Below, one piece after another: positions 24,333-33,256 of a stretch of 33,256 nucleotides of DNA (its first letter is position 1; each line of letters starts with the position of its first letter). The translations under genes were made by a program, and so were the position numbers. The notes under the pieces are model-generated. The model was not told where the DNA came from. It ran no database searches and saw nothing but the letters and a program-made list of their open reading frames with translations. The stretch is from IMG/VR virus record IMGVR_UViG_3300024247_000672, positions 1 through 33,256 of that record; one strand, written 5' to 3'. The stretch comes from a virus (lineage: Duplodnaviria; Caudoviricetes).

Positions 24333-25679
24333 TTACTTTTTGTCAAAAAGTTCTGACATTTTTTCTCTGGATAATGTAAATGTTGGACCATCGCCGGAAT
24401 TTAAGTGCTCATCTATATCAGCTTTACCCTCGAATTCGATATGACCGTTATTAGTATCCATTTTAAGGTTATAAGTCATACCGTCTTGACCGTATCTATT
24501 TTTCATAACATGCCACCTACCGGTACCGAGTACTTTATCTTCTTTCATTCTGGATAAAGAAAAGCACATATCTGCTACCATCATTTTATCATACGAACCA
24601 GCAGCTTTATCTCCTTCGATGACCGAATCTTTAGCACCCATTCTATTTACTTGAGAAGGTGTTATAACCGGTATCTTAAGTTCTTTAGCTAACCCCTTAG
24701 TAGCGATGAATACATCATCTATTTCGTCTTTACGTTCTGAGAATTTACCTTTAGATGGTGCTCTCAAGTAATCAACGTAATCGATAACAACTAAATCTGG
24801 TTTATGTTCCATATCTATACACTTTTGTATATGGGACTTAATTGTATTGACTGTAGCTCCTTTTGGTGCGTATTCTTTAACTATCAACTTACCTTTTAAG
24901 TTATCTACTACTTTCTGCACTTCTTTTCTGTGGTTGTTAACCTCGTCAATAGAGTATCCTGTAAAGTAGCAGTCGAAACGTTTTCCTACATAGTCTTCAC
25001 CTAATTCTAAAGTATAGTAGTTAACTTTATATCCCATTTTAACAGCATGTGCTGCCATTGCAACACAGGTCCAACTTTTACCTCCACCCGGGTTACCAAA
25101 GACGATAGCTAAATCTCCAGGACCGAATCCTCCTTGAATTCCTTCATTTAGCTGTGCCCAAGGAGTTGGAATTGTAGGTCTATAATCTGTCCTATACCTT
25201 GATTCTACATCTTTATTGTATTCGTGTCCAATATTCTTATCCATTCCAGCTTTCATAGCTGTTTCTATAGTATTCCTAATACCATCAAAATCTCCTGCTT
25301 TTAATAGATCGGTAGAATTAAGAATCGCTTGTTTCATTTCTTGATTCTTACAGAAAGTTGTAAATTCTTCCTGTACATAATCTAAATCATCTTGAGATGC
25401 TTCGTAGGAATTACGTAACTCTTCTTTTAATGCTACTTTAAGAATATCGTTATCGATTTTCTGTAATTCAACCTTAAGTACATCCATAGTAACAGTAGTA
25501 TGATACTTATCAAAGTAATTAACTAACTGATTTATAATCCACTTGTGTGCGTCTGAGTCAAAGTACTCTTCTTGCAGTACATCTCGTACATTTAGAAGGA
25601 AGCTTTTATCCGTTAGCAATGAGCCCAATACCTTCAGCTGGAAACCTTTTCCATACTGATTCAATGCTTTTAATGTCAT
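24333..25679 (-). CDS. Replicative helicase (DnaB/T4 gp41-like)
   Basis: GNPGGGKS, TLEL, VVIDYVD, SQVNR, KNRYG. Confidence 0.93.
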   Translation of the reverse strand: MTLKALNQYGKGFQLKVLGSLLTDKSFLLNVRDVLQEEYFDSDAHKWIINQLVNYFDKYHTTVTMDVLKVELQKIDNDILKVALKEELRNSYEASQDDLDYVQEEFTTFCKNQEMKQAILNSTDLLKAGDFDGIRNTIETAMKAGMDKNIGHEYNKDVESRYRTDYRPTIPTPWAQLNEGIQGGFGPGDLAIVFGNPGGGKSWTCVAMAAHAVKMGYKVNYYTLELGEDYVGKRFDCYFTGYSIDEVNNHRKEVQKVVDNLKGKLIVKEYAPKGATVNTIKSHIQKCIDMEHKPDLVVIDYVDYLRAPSKGKFSERKDEIDDVFIATKGLAKELKIPVITPSQVNRMGAKDSVIEGDKAAGSYDKMMVADMCFSLSRMKEDKVLGTGRWHVMKNRYGQDGMTYNLKMDTNNGHIEFEGKADIDEHLNSGDGPTFTLSREKMSELFDKK

Positions 25680-25683
25680 ACCC

Positions 25684-26718
25684 TTATTTTTTTAAAACCG
25701 TTAAACCTCTAAAGTTCTCTAACCAACCTTCAGTATTCTTAGTAATCCCTTCGATCTTATCTTGATCTAAAAGATGTAGAAATGCCCCTGATTGTAGATT
25801 GGGAATGTCACTCTTTATTATATCTAATATATGATCTTTTTCCTTACTATCCAACGAAGTCACATGTAAATCCATTAATTTAAAATTAGTTTCTACACGA
25901 TCCCATTCCGTTATAATCTTAGGGAAGATCTTTTTAAATTTCTTTTCCTCTAATTTAGCTGCACATACATCGTAAACGTATTGTAAAGTCATATTTGGTT
26001 TATCTACCAACTCAGGAAACTCTGATATTATAGTCTTTATCCCTAATCCTTTAACGCCTGCTAAATTATCTGAGTTATCTCCCAGTAACGCTTTGACAAC
26101 GTTATAATTTTCAGGTAGTACCTTCAATTCGTCGAATATATTACCTTCAGTAAACACTTTCTTCTTAATAGGAGCATATACTTCAACTGTATCATCTACT
26201 AACTGCAAGAAATCCTTATCAGACGATACTATAGTACATTTTTTAACTTTAGATACTGATGCTCTTTTTGCTATGTATGCTATTACATCGTCAGCTTCTA
26301 GTTTTTCCATACTAATTTGCTGTACTGGTAGACATTCAAGGTAATCTTGTGTCCTAAATAACTGTCCTATAAGAGCTTCTTGTTCTTCTGCTTTAGAATC
26401 ATATAAACCCCAATGGGTTATTCTTGATGTTGCCCGCTGTGCTTTGTAATTAGGATCTATATTTTTCCTATTTGCTGACCCTCCTTTACCGTCCCATACT
26501 ATTATTACTCTTGTTGGATCAAAGGTTCTTGTTACAAACCCTAGTGATCGCATAAAACCAACCAGGCCGCCAATATGATGGCCTGATGGATTCATTGCTT
26601 TGAGTAATGAAAAGCTACGAATTAACATATTCATAGCATCAATCACAAGGATGTGATCGTTCAACTCTCTGGGAGGGCGTTCTTTTAGGCCGTCTAGTAA
26701 TTGATCATATTTAGCCAT
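25684..26718 (-). CDS. 5'-3' exonuclease / flap endonuclease (T4 RNase H-like)
   Basis: VIDAMN, VWDG, YKAQR, EADD, SSDKD, GDNSDN..GV.G.G.K. Confidence 0.93.
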   Translation of the reverse strand: MAKYDQLLDGLKERPPRELNDHILVIDAMNMLIRSFSLLKAMNPSGHHIGGLVGFMRSLGFVTRTFDPTRVIIVWDGKGGSANRKNIDPNYKAQRATSRITHWGLYDSKAEEQEALIGQLFRTQDYLECLPVQQISMEKLEADDVIAYIAKRASVSKVKKCTIVSSDKDFLQLVDDTVEVYAPIKKKVFTEGNIFDELKVLPENYNVVKALLGDNSDNLAGVKGLGIKTIISEFPELVDKPNMTLQYVYDVCAAKLEEKKFKKIFPKIITEWDRVETNFKLMDLHVTSLDSKEKDHILDIIKSDIPNLQSGAFLHLLDQDKIEGITKNTEGWLENFRGLTVLKK

Positions 26719-27791
26719 TAATCTAGTATATTTGGAGTTATAGTTTCTTCTTCTAAGTCTCCTTCTTCGATTAAGTCGAAATCTATACTACCTACTAGCT
26801 TTAGCCAATGCTCTTTATGTGCATCTCTATATTTATCAATTGCCTTTTTATCGTCTTCTATAAAACCGTGAGAGGTCATAACTACCCTTCCTCTTGACTG
26901 TACTCCCCCAATGTGGTTTTTCTCTATCTGAATGTTAGTTCTTTTAGCAAATTCCACTTGAAGTCCGTTCTTTACAGCTTTAATTTTAGAGGTACCTGGG
27001 TTAGTAATATTACCAAAGGTTACAACCAACGTAGCATCGTACCACATAGACATTCCTCCTTTGTTCTGTAATTTAGGTTGACCCATTGGGTGTTCAGGTT
27101 TCATTGTCCATACCTTATTAATAGCTACTAGCGTATTTGTGTAAGGTGAGTTCTCTTTCCTAGATAATAATATCTTTTGGTTAAGATTATTACCGAATTG
27201 AGTTGACATTGCTCCTGCATTCCATTCATTATTATTCTTATTAGAACGTACTGATAGATCGCAAGGGATAGAACCGATTGAATCCCAGAAGAAGCACATA
27301 TCATGAGGTAAGTTACCTTTTGTTTGCTCATCGATTAAGTCAGCCATATGTACAGCAACTTCTTCAATAGTATTTAAAGTACCTCTATCCGCATATAGGA
27401 AGAAACCTTCGTAATCTGTTACTTTTCCGTTTTCATCTAATACTTCTGTAAACTCAAGTCCCATCTCTTTAGCATGTTCCCATGACCATTTCATCTCTGA
27501 AATAATAAATACTGGAAGTACTCCTTGCTTTTGTGCATTTACTGCAGCTTCTAGTAGAGCAGTTGTTTTTCCTGTATCACTATGACCTCTTAATAGGGTA
27601 ATATGCCCTGTAGGGATACCTGGAAGAGAAGTTATATCTTGGAATGCCTTCGATAGTGGAATCCATCCTTGCTCTTTAAACTTTACAGATGCGTTAGAAA
27701 AACCCTTCTTCTTCTTAAAATTACCTAAATTAAAGCCCTTCTTTACTGCCGCTGATGCGGCTGCTTTTACTTCTTTTCTCTGTTTTGCCAT
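26718..27791 (-). CDS. RecA/UvsX-like recombinase
   Basis: GHSDTGKTT Walker A, WDSIG Walker B, GG..M.Y.A, IEKN. Confidence 0.88.
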   Translation of the reverse strand: MAKQRKEVKAAASAAVKKGFNLGNFKKKKGFSNASVKFKEQGWIPLSKAFQDITSLPGIPTGHITLLRGHSDTGKTTALLEAAVNAQKQGVLPVFIISEMKWSWEHAKEMGLEFTEVLDENGKVTDYEGFFLYADRGTLNTIEEVAVHMADLIDEQTKGNLPHDMCFFWDSIGSIPCDLSVRSNKNNNEWNAGAMSTQFGNNLNQKILLSRKENSPYTNTLVAINKVWTMKPEHPMGQPKLQNKGGMSMWYDATLVVTFGNITNPGTSKIKAVKNGLQVEFAKRTNIQIEKNHIGGVQSRGRVVMTSHGFIEDDKKAIDKYRDAHKEHWLKLVGSIDFDLIEEGDLEEETITPNILD

Positions 27792-27793
27792 AT

Positions 27794-28597
27794 TTACTCG
27801 TTGAATAAGTCATCAAATTTACTAACTGTGTCTTTGTTGCCAGCCGTAGCTGTTTCCAAAGTAAAGTCCGTTTTCTGTTGACCTAAGCTTTCTGGCAGTT
27901 TATCTCCTTCTTTAGTTTCAGTATTGTTTGTCTCTTCTACTGCATTAGGATCTAAATATAATTGTAATTTCTTTTTTATAAAGTCGTAGTCGTACTGTGT
28001 ATGTACTTCTACAGGATTTGGTTGATCTTTTAACCAAGTATCAACTAATTCATTATTATCTGATAGTGGTGTTTGTTTAGGTTTAATCCTTACTGTTGTC
28101 TCAGGGTAAGGGTTTCCTTTTTGTTGTTCAACTACCATATCCCATCCGTTAATAACATCGGTAAAGTCTCCAATATCTTCGTCTTCTGCTAAAGCAAGTA
28201 ATGCTTTATAGATTGTAACTCCGAATCCCCATAATCTAACTCCTTTATCTTCTTCTCCTCTTACTATAACTGGTGCAAATACACGAGTTTTAGGTGAGAT
28301 CTTGCCTGATAATGACCAGTTGTCCTTATCGCTTGTCTTCCTTAACTCTTTAACAAACTCCTCAATTGGATCCTGCTTACCAAAATTGGAAAGTGCTACC
28401 ATTGGAAATTTACCAATTCCGTAATGAAACTTAAGTTCTTTAAAAGGAAAGCTTGGGTCAGAAGCAGACGGTACAATACGTACTGTTTGTTTACCTAATT
28501 CCGGTTTCCAAAAGATTTTAGTGTAGTCTGTTTTTTCTCTCTCCTGACCATTAGAGTTTAGAGCATCTAGTTTCGCTCTGATCGCATTGATATCCAT
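27794..28597 (-). CDS. Single-stranded DNA-binding protein (gp32-like)
   Basis: FWKP..G...VRIVP, GV.LW.FG, D...G.D pattern; acidic tail FDDLFNE; next to the recombinase. Confidence 0.82.
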   Translation of the reverse strand: MDINAIRAKLDALNSNGQEREKTDYTKIFWKPELGKQTVRIVPSASDPSFPFKELKFHYGIGKFPMVALSNFGKQDPIEEFVKELRKTSDKDNWSLSGKISPKTRVFAPVIVRGEEDKGVRLWGFGVTIYKALLALAEDEDIGDFTDVINGWDMVVEQQKGNPYPETTVRIKPKQTPLSDNNELVDTWLKDQPNPVEVHTQYDYDFIKKKLQLYLDPNAVEETNNTETKEGDKLPESLGQQKTDFTLETATAGNKDTVSKFDDLFNE

Positions 28598-28627
28598 ATA
28601 ACTGATTTTAAAATTATAACTTATTAG

Positions 28628-28638
28628 TAATATAAGAA
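28628..28638 (-). promoter_or_regulatory. Promoter motif class A upstream of the SSB gene
   Basis: GTTG...TTCTTATATTA. Confidence 0.6.
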
Positions 28639-28657
28639 TAATAAATTAAAGCGCCAA

Positions 28658-29110
28658 CTAAAGCTCAATAATTTTATATAACTTTGTATTAACTCTCTTT
28701 AATTCTGGACCTTTAGTAAGTAGTACGCAATTACGGTAATCAGGCCAGTTTATTCTATAACTTGTATCCAATACACCTCCATTAAGATCCTTAATTAGTG
28801 TATTAAGTGCATTTATTGTGTATAGGGTATTTGTTTCTTTTTTTCTATGTACTAGTATAGTATTGTCTATAAAAGCTCCTACATTTCCAAAGTCTACGTT
28901 ATATGTACACATATACTCATCTTGACTTTTAGAATAAAGTACAAATATTTTATTATATATAATTTTATATCTCTCTTGAATAGAAGTTAATACTTCTTCA
29001 AGTCCTTCTTCTGTAGAAAAGGTGCAAAACAACTTATTACTCATATCGTCGCTGGTAAAAATAGGTTCAATATCGTAGTCGAACCGTGGTAATGTTAGAT
29101 TTGTTATCAT
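28658..29110 (-). CDS. Hypothetical protein (alternative start at 29044)
   Basis: ORF between the second polymerase and SSB; VHRKKETNTLYTINALN motif. Confidence 0.75.
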   Translation of the reverse strand: MITNLTLPRFDYDIEPIFTSDDMSNKLFCTFSTEEGLEEVLTSIQERYKIIYNKIFVLYSKSQDEYMCTYNVDFGNVGAFIDNTILVHRKKETNTLYTINALNTLIKDLNGGVLDTSYRINWPDYRNCVLLTKGPELKRVNTKLYKIIEL

Positions 29111-29130
29111 ATATAAATAGTTGTTCTGTT

Positions 29131-30456
29131 TTATAACACTAAATTTGTGCTGTATTTAAATTTTACAGGGTATTTCCCTTGTTTTTCCATTATTGTTTGT
29201 ATCTCTGAGAGAGTATCTTTACCGTCTTCTTTACTAAAGTCAAATAAAATTGCATCGTAGGTATATAACGTAATAAATGTCTTTTTATCTCTGAGATATT
29301 TTAGTATATCTTTTAATATAGTGATATTATTTGAGGTTTCCAACGATTGCATCATATAATTCATTAGCTTAGCTGGGTTCATATCCTGGAGTTTATTAGT
29401 AAATGCTTTTCCAGATTGTGGGTTATGTACTTGCCCTGTTTCAATATATAGCTTCCACATTGCATCTATATATTCCTGTACTTCTTTAAATATTTTAAGA
29501 TTTTTATGTTCTTCTGGTATCTTCCCGTATATAGCATGAAAATTAATCTGTTTTGCTCTATTGTACTCTTCTTCGGATATATCCTGCTTACCGAAATACT
29601 GTTTAGCTAACTGTTTATGAGCAGATTCATTAGTTAAGGGGTAATCTAACTGTTCAGCTAATAGTCTTAAGTGGTACCCGTCGAAGTCGAATTCTACAAA
29701 GAAGTCATTCTGCGGTTTAAAACACTGTCTATGTTCGGGTGTTTTAGGAATTGCTGCAAAATTAACAGAATTAAAAGTATTTGTCGGCCTGGAGGTACTA
29801 TTGTATAGGTTGTATTCGGTATAAACAGTATTATCTTCTGTATTATAAAGTGGATTTTTAGGTTTAAATAATTCATTAAATCCATCGTATACAATTCCTA
29901 CACCGTTCTGCTCCAATAGGTAAAATACATTTGTGGTTGTATTATTATAAAAGTCAAAGCCGTCTGGTATTGGAAGTTGTAGGTGTTGTTCTATCTGATT
30001 AAATATATTCTCACATCTCTCGTAGAGTTTGACTATAGGGATTATTCTATTTATGTTATTCTTCTCACTATGTGTACGGTAGTACCAGTCGATAGTTGTA
30101 TTTGAAGTAGAGTACTCTAACCTTTTGTAATTATTCATAGAATATACTAAAGATATATCTATAGCTCTCTGTAGATTAAAGTAGTAGAGAAGTGTTTTCT
30201 TATTTAATGTATAAAGTGTTTGTGCTTTATTTAGAATGTTGTAGATACGTTCTTTATCTACATTAAGTCCATCCTCATGAGATATAGGAACAAAGTACCC
30301 TTGCTTATCTCCTACAACTCTAACATACACTCCTACTGTGGAAGTTAATTTAGAGTGGTAATAGAAGTTGGTACTAACTACATCTACGTATAGAGGGGAA
30401 TTAGTTTGACTTTCTAACCGGTCGATTTGATCTTTTGATTCTAATATATAAAACAC
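29131..30456 (-). CDS. Second, divergent family A polymerase-like protein (degenerate exonuclease domain)
   Basis: TSRP (TGRL-like), motif A EFDFDGYHLRLLA, motif B AKQINFHAIYG, NYMMQS, motif C YTYDAILFD. Confidence 0.82.
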   Translation of the reverse strand: MFYILESKDQIDRLESQTNSPLYVDVVSTNFYYHSKLTSTVGVYVRVVGDKQGYFVPISHEDGLNVDKERIYNILNKAQTLYTLNKKTLLYYFNLQRAIDISLVYSMNNYKRLEYSTSNTTIDWYYRTHSEKNNINRIIPIVKLYERCENIFNQIEQHLQLPIPDGFDFYNNTTTNVFYLLEQNGVGIVYDGFNELFKPKNPLYNTEDNTVYTEYNLYNSTSRPTNTFNSVNFAAIPKTPEHRQCFKPQNDFFVEFDFDGYHLRLLAEQLDYPLTNESAHKQLAKQYFGKQDISEEEYNRAKQINFHAIYGKIPEEHKNLKIFKEVQEYIDAMWKLYIETGQVHNPQSGKAFTNKLQDMNPAKLMNYMMQSLETSNNITILKDILKYLRDKKTFITLYTYDAILFDFSKEDGKDTLSEIQTIMEKQGKYPVKFKYSTNLVL

Positions 30457-30475
30457 TTGTTTGTAACCTTTATTA

Positions 30476-30498
30476 TAATATACGAAAATATTTCGTAT
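30476..30498 (-). promoter_or_regulatory. Class A promoter overlapped by the palindrome ATACGAAA-ATA-TTTCGTAT
   Basis: TTCGTATATTA at 30476-30486 with GTTG upstream; 8-bp inverted repeat. Confidence 0.55.
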
Positions 30499-31179
30499 CT
30501 ACAACTCTTTTCCCGGTGAAGGTATAATAATATCTTTAATCTGAGATTTATATTCTATAGATGATGGTATAAAGGTATCTTCTACGTACTCAAGGGGACT
30601 TTTAATCAGCCCCTCTATTACCGGAATGGTTTTTTTAATTTGCTGTATAGTTCTGTTATTTACAGTCTCTAGCCCTTCTAAAAAGTACCCATTTACGGTT
30701 CTATCTTTAGCGGAACCTTTAATATACCATTCTGCTATCGCTAATTCAGTACATAGGTCCTTGTCCATAGATAAATTATTGAGCTGTACTTTTGATATTT
30801 CTAATGCTTTTCCAGTACACTTATTGTAGTAAAAACATCTTTGCATTATGCCCTTCTTTTTGTCAGCTGTAGTCGGTGGCAATTTTAAAGAAACTGTTTT
30901 TCCTGATGAGTTTAATTCTGGGGTATCTTTATCAGATTCGTACCCAGGCTGGTCTCTTGATTCAGCTTCTTCTGGTGTTCCTGTTGAAAATAGTTCTAGT
31001 GCTTTAGAAAAATCTCCTTTGTCGAAATCAATACCTGCTTTATCAAACATAGTGCCAAAGGAAGTTAATACTACTTGCTTGTTTGAATTAATAAAGTTTC
31101 CTAGACGGTCAACTACATCCTTTACGTTGGGAATGTCTTTAACTTTAGTTAGTTTATATTGTGATTTAGGTAAATACAT
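30499..31179 (-). CDS. Hypothetical protein (possibly virion/baseplate-associated)
   Basis: 226-aa ORF following the hub-like gene; function suggested by context only. Confidence 0.65.
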   Translation of the reverse strand: MYLPKSQYKLTKVKDIPNVKDVVDRLGNFINSNKQVVLTSFGTMFDKAGIDFDKGDFSKALELFSTGTPEEAESRDQPGYESDKDTPELNSSGKTVSLKLPPTTADKKKGIMQRCFYYNKCTGKALEISKVQLNNLSMDKDLCTELAIAEWYIKGSAKDRTVNGYFLEGLETVNNRTIQQIKKTIPVIEGLIKSPLEYVEDTFIPSSIEYKSQIKDIIIPSPGKEL

Positions 31180-31191
31180 TTGTTTATAGTT

Positions 31192-33255
31192 TTATGCTGG
31201 TCCATAGTATTCGAAATGCCATACTTCCTCCATACTCCTACCGTCAGACAGCCTCCAAGGGTTATACCAACCGTATTTTGCTCCTATTTCAGCCATTTGT
31301 TTCCATACTGGTTGCTGTATTCTTGCATTCTTATTCGGTACAGCAGTTGTTGATCCTCCTACTAAACGGTAAAGAGTTGCGAAATCTACTGCAATTCCGT
31401 ATCCGTGTACTCCTCCACCAACATTGCTACCAAATCTTAAAGCAGAAGAGACTCTAAACTTTATTCCTGCTGTTACCATTTCGTTGTACCATGCTACAAA
31501 TTGAGATGCTGCTTTTGTTTCAAGATAGTATGACCCGTTAACGTTAGATGATGCTCCTGAACTCCAATCTGCTCCTGGAGTTCCTGGTCCACCGATAGGG
31601 GCAAATATTCCGTCAGCTGCTCCTTTTATTACATCAGATTTGCTGTACGACCTTGCTTTACTTCCCCATGCTTTAACTAGTGGCTTACTTGCAATTACCG
31701 GTGCCATTCCTTTTGAAGAGTAAGGTTTCCTACTACCGAGTTTATTTGGGTTAATTATTGGTGCAGGATCTTCTCCGTCTGCAACTACAATTTCACCTTG
31801 TTCTCCTAATACTGCTCCAGCAGTAGTAACACTTCCTGAATTTCCTCCTGATGCTGGGTCTGCTGAAGGGTTGTTTCTATACGGTGCTGATTTAGTGCTA
31901 TGTTTCTCGTTAAAAAAAGCTATTTCTTCTGCTGTGGGTGGTCTAGTTGAATAAAACTGCGTTTTGACATCTGTTGTCCATTTTCCTTCTGCTATATTGT
32001 GTGACAATCCCGTTATAATAAACCCAAAATTTTCTGAGTATTGGAAGGGTAGTACCCCTTCTTCCACTAAGAATGCTTGACCAATTTTCAATCCTCCTAT
32101 ACCCATAGTGGTAAACGATAGTTCTACAGGAATAACCCCAGGTGCTGGTAAAGGGTTTTCTTTATCTTTACTTCTTTTTTCAACAACCCATTTCTGGCAC
32201 CATTCTTTATGGTATCCTTTAATATTGGAAACTGCAGCTCGATCGTAGTCTCCATTGTCATTGAAAATTCCTGCATTACCATTAAGTTCTTCCCAGTAGT
32301 TAAAATATGCTAAAGTCCATTTTTTTAATCTCTCATCTTCAGGAGTCTCTCTGTTTTCTTTTACTTGCCCGTTATCATCTGTATTCTTCTGAGCTTTATG
32401 AATAATATGTCTATCTAAGAGTCCTCTGTTCCATTCTAACAGTGGTGCTATATTATCTTTGGTATGTCCTCCAGTACCCTGTGCAGCAATTGAGATCATA
32501 CTTCCGATCTTTGAGCTGATTTTGCTGGATATACTTAGTTTAGTAATGGTTGATCTAACTCCTGTTAAGCTTATTGTCGGCAGTATGTTACGTAACGCAG
32601 GAGTTACTTTTCTATCGACTATGTAAAACATATCGTCCTGTTCATCGTATATAGTTTCAAAATCGTTAATACCTCCTAAAGCCTCGTTTAATGCCTTCAG
32701 TATAACTCTTATAAACGATACCATATCGTTACCTTCGTTTTGATCTGAGTCTTTATTACTTTCTACTATTTTATCTAACTCTTCTTGGAGTAGTTGACAG
32801 GAAACAAGTATATTTAAGATATCGTCTGTTTCTCCTCTCATTAATCCTCTTTCTAGTGCCTCTATTACATTTTTATGAAAGCCATTTTTATATAAAAGTC
32901 CAGGTGCATAAGACTGTTCATCTTTAAAGACCCAATTTTTTGTCCAGGGTACTACTTGCTTCTTAGAGTCGTAGATTGTTTGATTTTCCACTGGTCTAGG
33001 GAGTACACAAACCATAGGGTCTATTGAAAAATGCAATTCGTTAGTAAGAAATTTACATTCTTTTTCGTACTGTTTTTTTGTATCGTCTTTATCTTGGTAC
33101 CCTGTGTAAAACTCTGTTAATTTACGACCAGGAGTATTTGTTCCTTTCTCCGGCTCCGCTGTTGCATCTAGTATACTTACATACTGATTATATATATCCA
33201 GAACAACGTACAATGGTATCCAGTATTCATTTAAATTATCATTGTCAAACGTCCC
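31192..33255 (-). CDS. Baseplate hub/tail-associated protein with C-terminal M15 (VanY-like) peptidase; 5' end outside window
   Basis: Frame open to the right edge; IPVELSFTTMGIGG.KIGQAF...FIITGLSHNI...WTT hub-like end; peptidase motifs SS..R, HGYGIAVD, EVWHFEY. Confidence 0.75.
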   Translation of the reverse strand, partial: GTFDNDNLNEYWIPLYVVLDIYNQYVSILDATAEPEKGTNTPGRKLTEFYTGYQDKDDTKKQYEKECKFLTNELHFSIDPMVCVLPRPVENQTIYDSKKQVVPWTKNWVFKDEQSYAPGLLYKNGFHKNVIEALERGLMRGETDDILNILVSCQLLQEELDKIVESNKDSDQNEGNDMVSFIRVILKALNEALGGINDFETIYDEQDDMFYIVDRKVTPALRNILPTISLTGVRSTITKLSISSKISSKIGSMISIAAQGTGGHTKDNIAPLLEWNRGLLDRHIIHKAQKNTDDNGQVKENRETPEDERLKKWTLAYFNYWEELNGNAGIFNDNGDYDRAAVSNIKGYHKEWCQKWVVEKRSKDKENPLPAPGVIPVELSFTTMGIGGLKIGQAFLVEEGVLPFQYSENFGFIITGLSHNIAEGKWTTDVKTQFYSTRPPTAEEIAFFNEKHSTKSAPYRNNPSADPASGGNSGSVTTAGAVLGEQGEIVVADGEDPAPIINPNKLGSRKPYSSKGMAPVIASKPLVKAWGSKARSYSKSDVIKGAADGIFAPIGGPGTPGADWSSGASSNVNGSYYLETKAASQFVAWYNEMVTAGIKFRVSSALRFGSNVGGGVHGYGIAVDFATLYRLVGGSTTAVPNKNARIQQPVWKQMAEIGAKYGWYNPWRLSDGRSMEEVWHFEYYGPA

Positions 33256-33256
33256 C

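Noticed and set aside
12829-29894. Nested alternative-frame minus-strand ORFs (12829-13200, 27128-27331, 29694-29894)
   Set aside because: Fully inside conserved genes with no recognisable motifs.
1035-31457. Plus-strand ORFs in the track other than 3071-3397 (e.g. 1035, 1565, 1750, 4541, 5457, 11179, 11612, 14744, 17737, 19164, 22498, 23224, 23526, 25547, 30626, 30848, 31194)
   Set aside because: Antisense shadows of well-supported minus-strand genes, with S/I/L/F-rich composition and no motifs or promoters.
1-33256. Bacterial chromosome origin, tRNA/rRNA genes, CRISPR arrays, IS elements, introns or inteins
   Set aside because: gp32-, UvsX- and hub-like genes and dense single-strand packing indicate a phage; no repeat-spacer arrays, cloverleafs or transposases were seen; polA, nrdA, nrdB and helicase are uninterrupted and of normal length.
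1-33256. Stop-codon reassignment
   Set aside because: Conserved genes translate at full length in code 11, and TAA, TAG and TGA all occur as genuine stops.

Overview
AT-rich, gene-dense segment of a large lytic tailed dsDNA phage. Nearly all genes are on the minus strand. The host is probably a Bacteroidota/Flavobacteriia member, inferred from Bacteroidota-like -33/-7 promoters, no Shine-Dalgarno sites, DUF4494 and Hc1-like genes, and signal peptides cleaved before Gln. In transcription order (right to left): a truncated baseplate-hub/M15 peptidase protein; a divergent second family-A polymerase; a T4-like replication/recombination block (gp32-like SSB, UvsX/RecA, 5'-3' exonuclease, gp41/DnaB helicase); class Ia RNR and thioredoxin; a complete 7-deazaguanine DNA-modification locus (queC, queD, queE, folE, queF, DpdA-type transglycosylase, PurN-like formyltransferase = the fdPreQ1 pathway) interleaved with a purine phosphoribosyltransferase, a MazG-like pyrophosphatase and a nucleotide kinase; an EndoII-like GIY-YIG nuclease; the main family-A DNA polymerase; hsp20-groES-groEL; small genes; and a truncated secreted PA14/dockerin protein. 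The most striking observation is non-coding: two covarying preQ1-I riboswitch-like aptamers lie between promoter and start codon of folE and of the membrane-protein/queD/queE unit, suggesting metabolite-sensing RNA feedback control of a phage DNA-modification pathway. All calls come from motif reading by eye; no database searches or folding computations were run.
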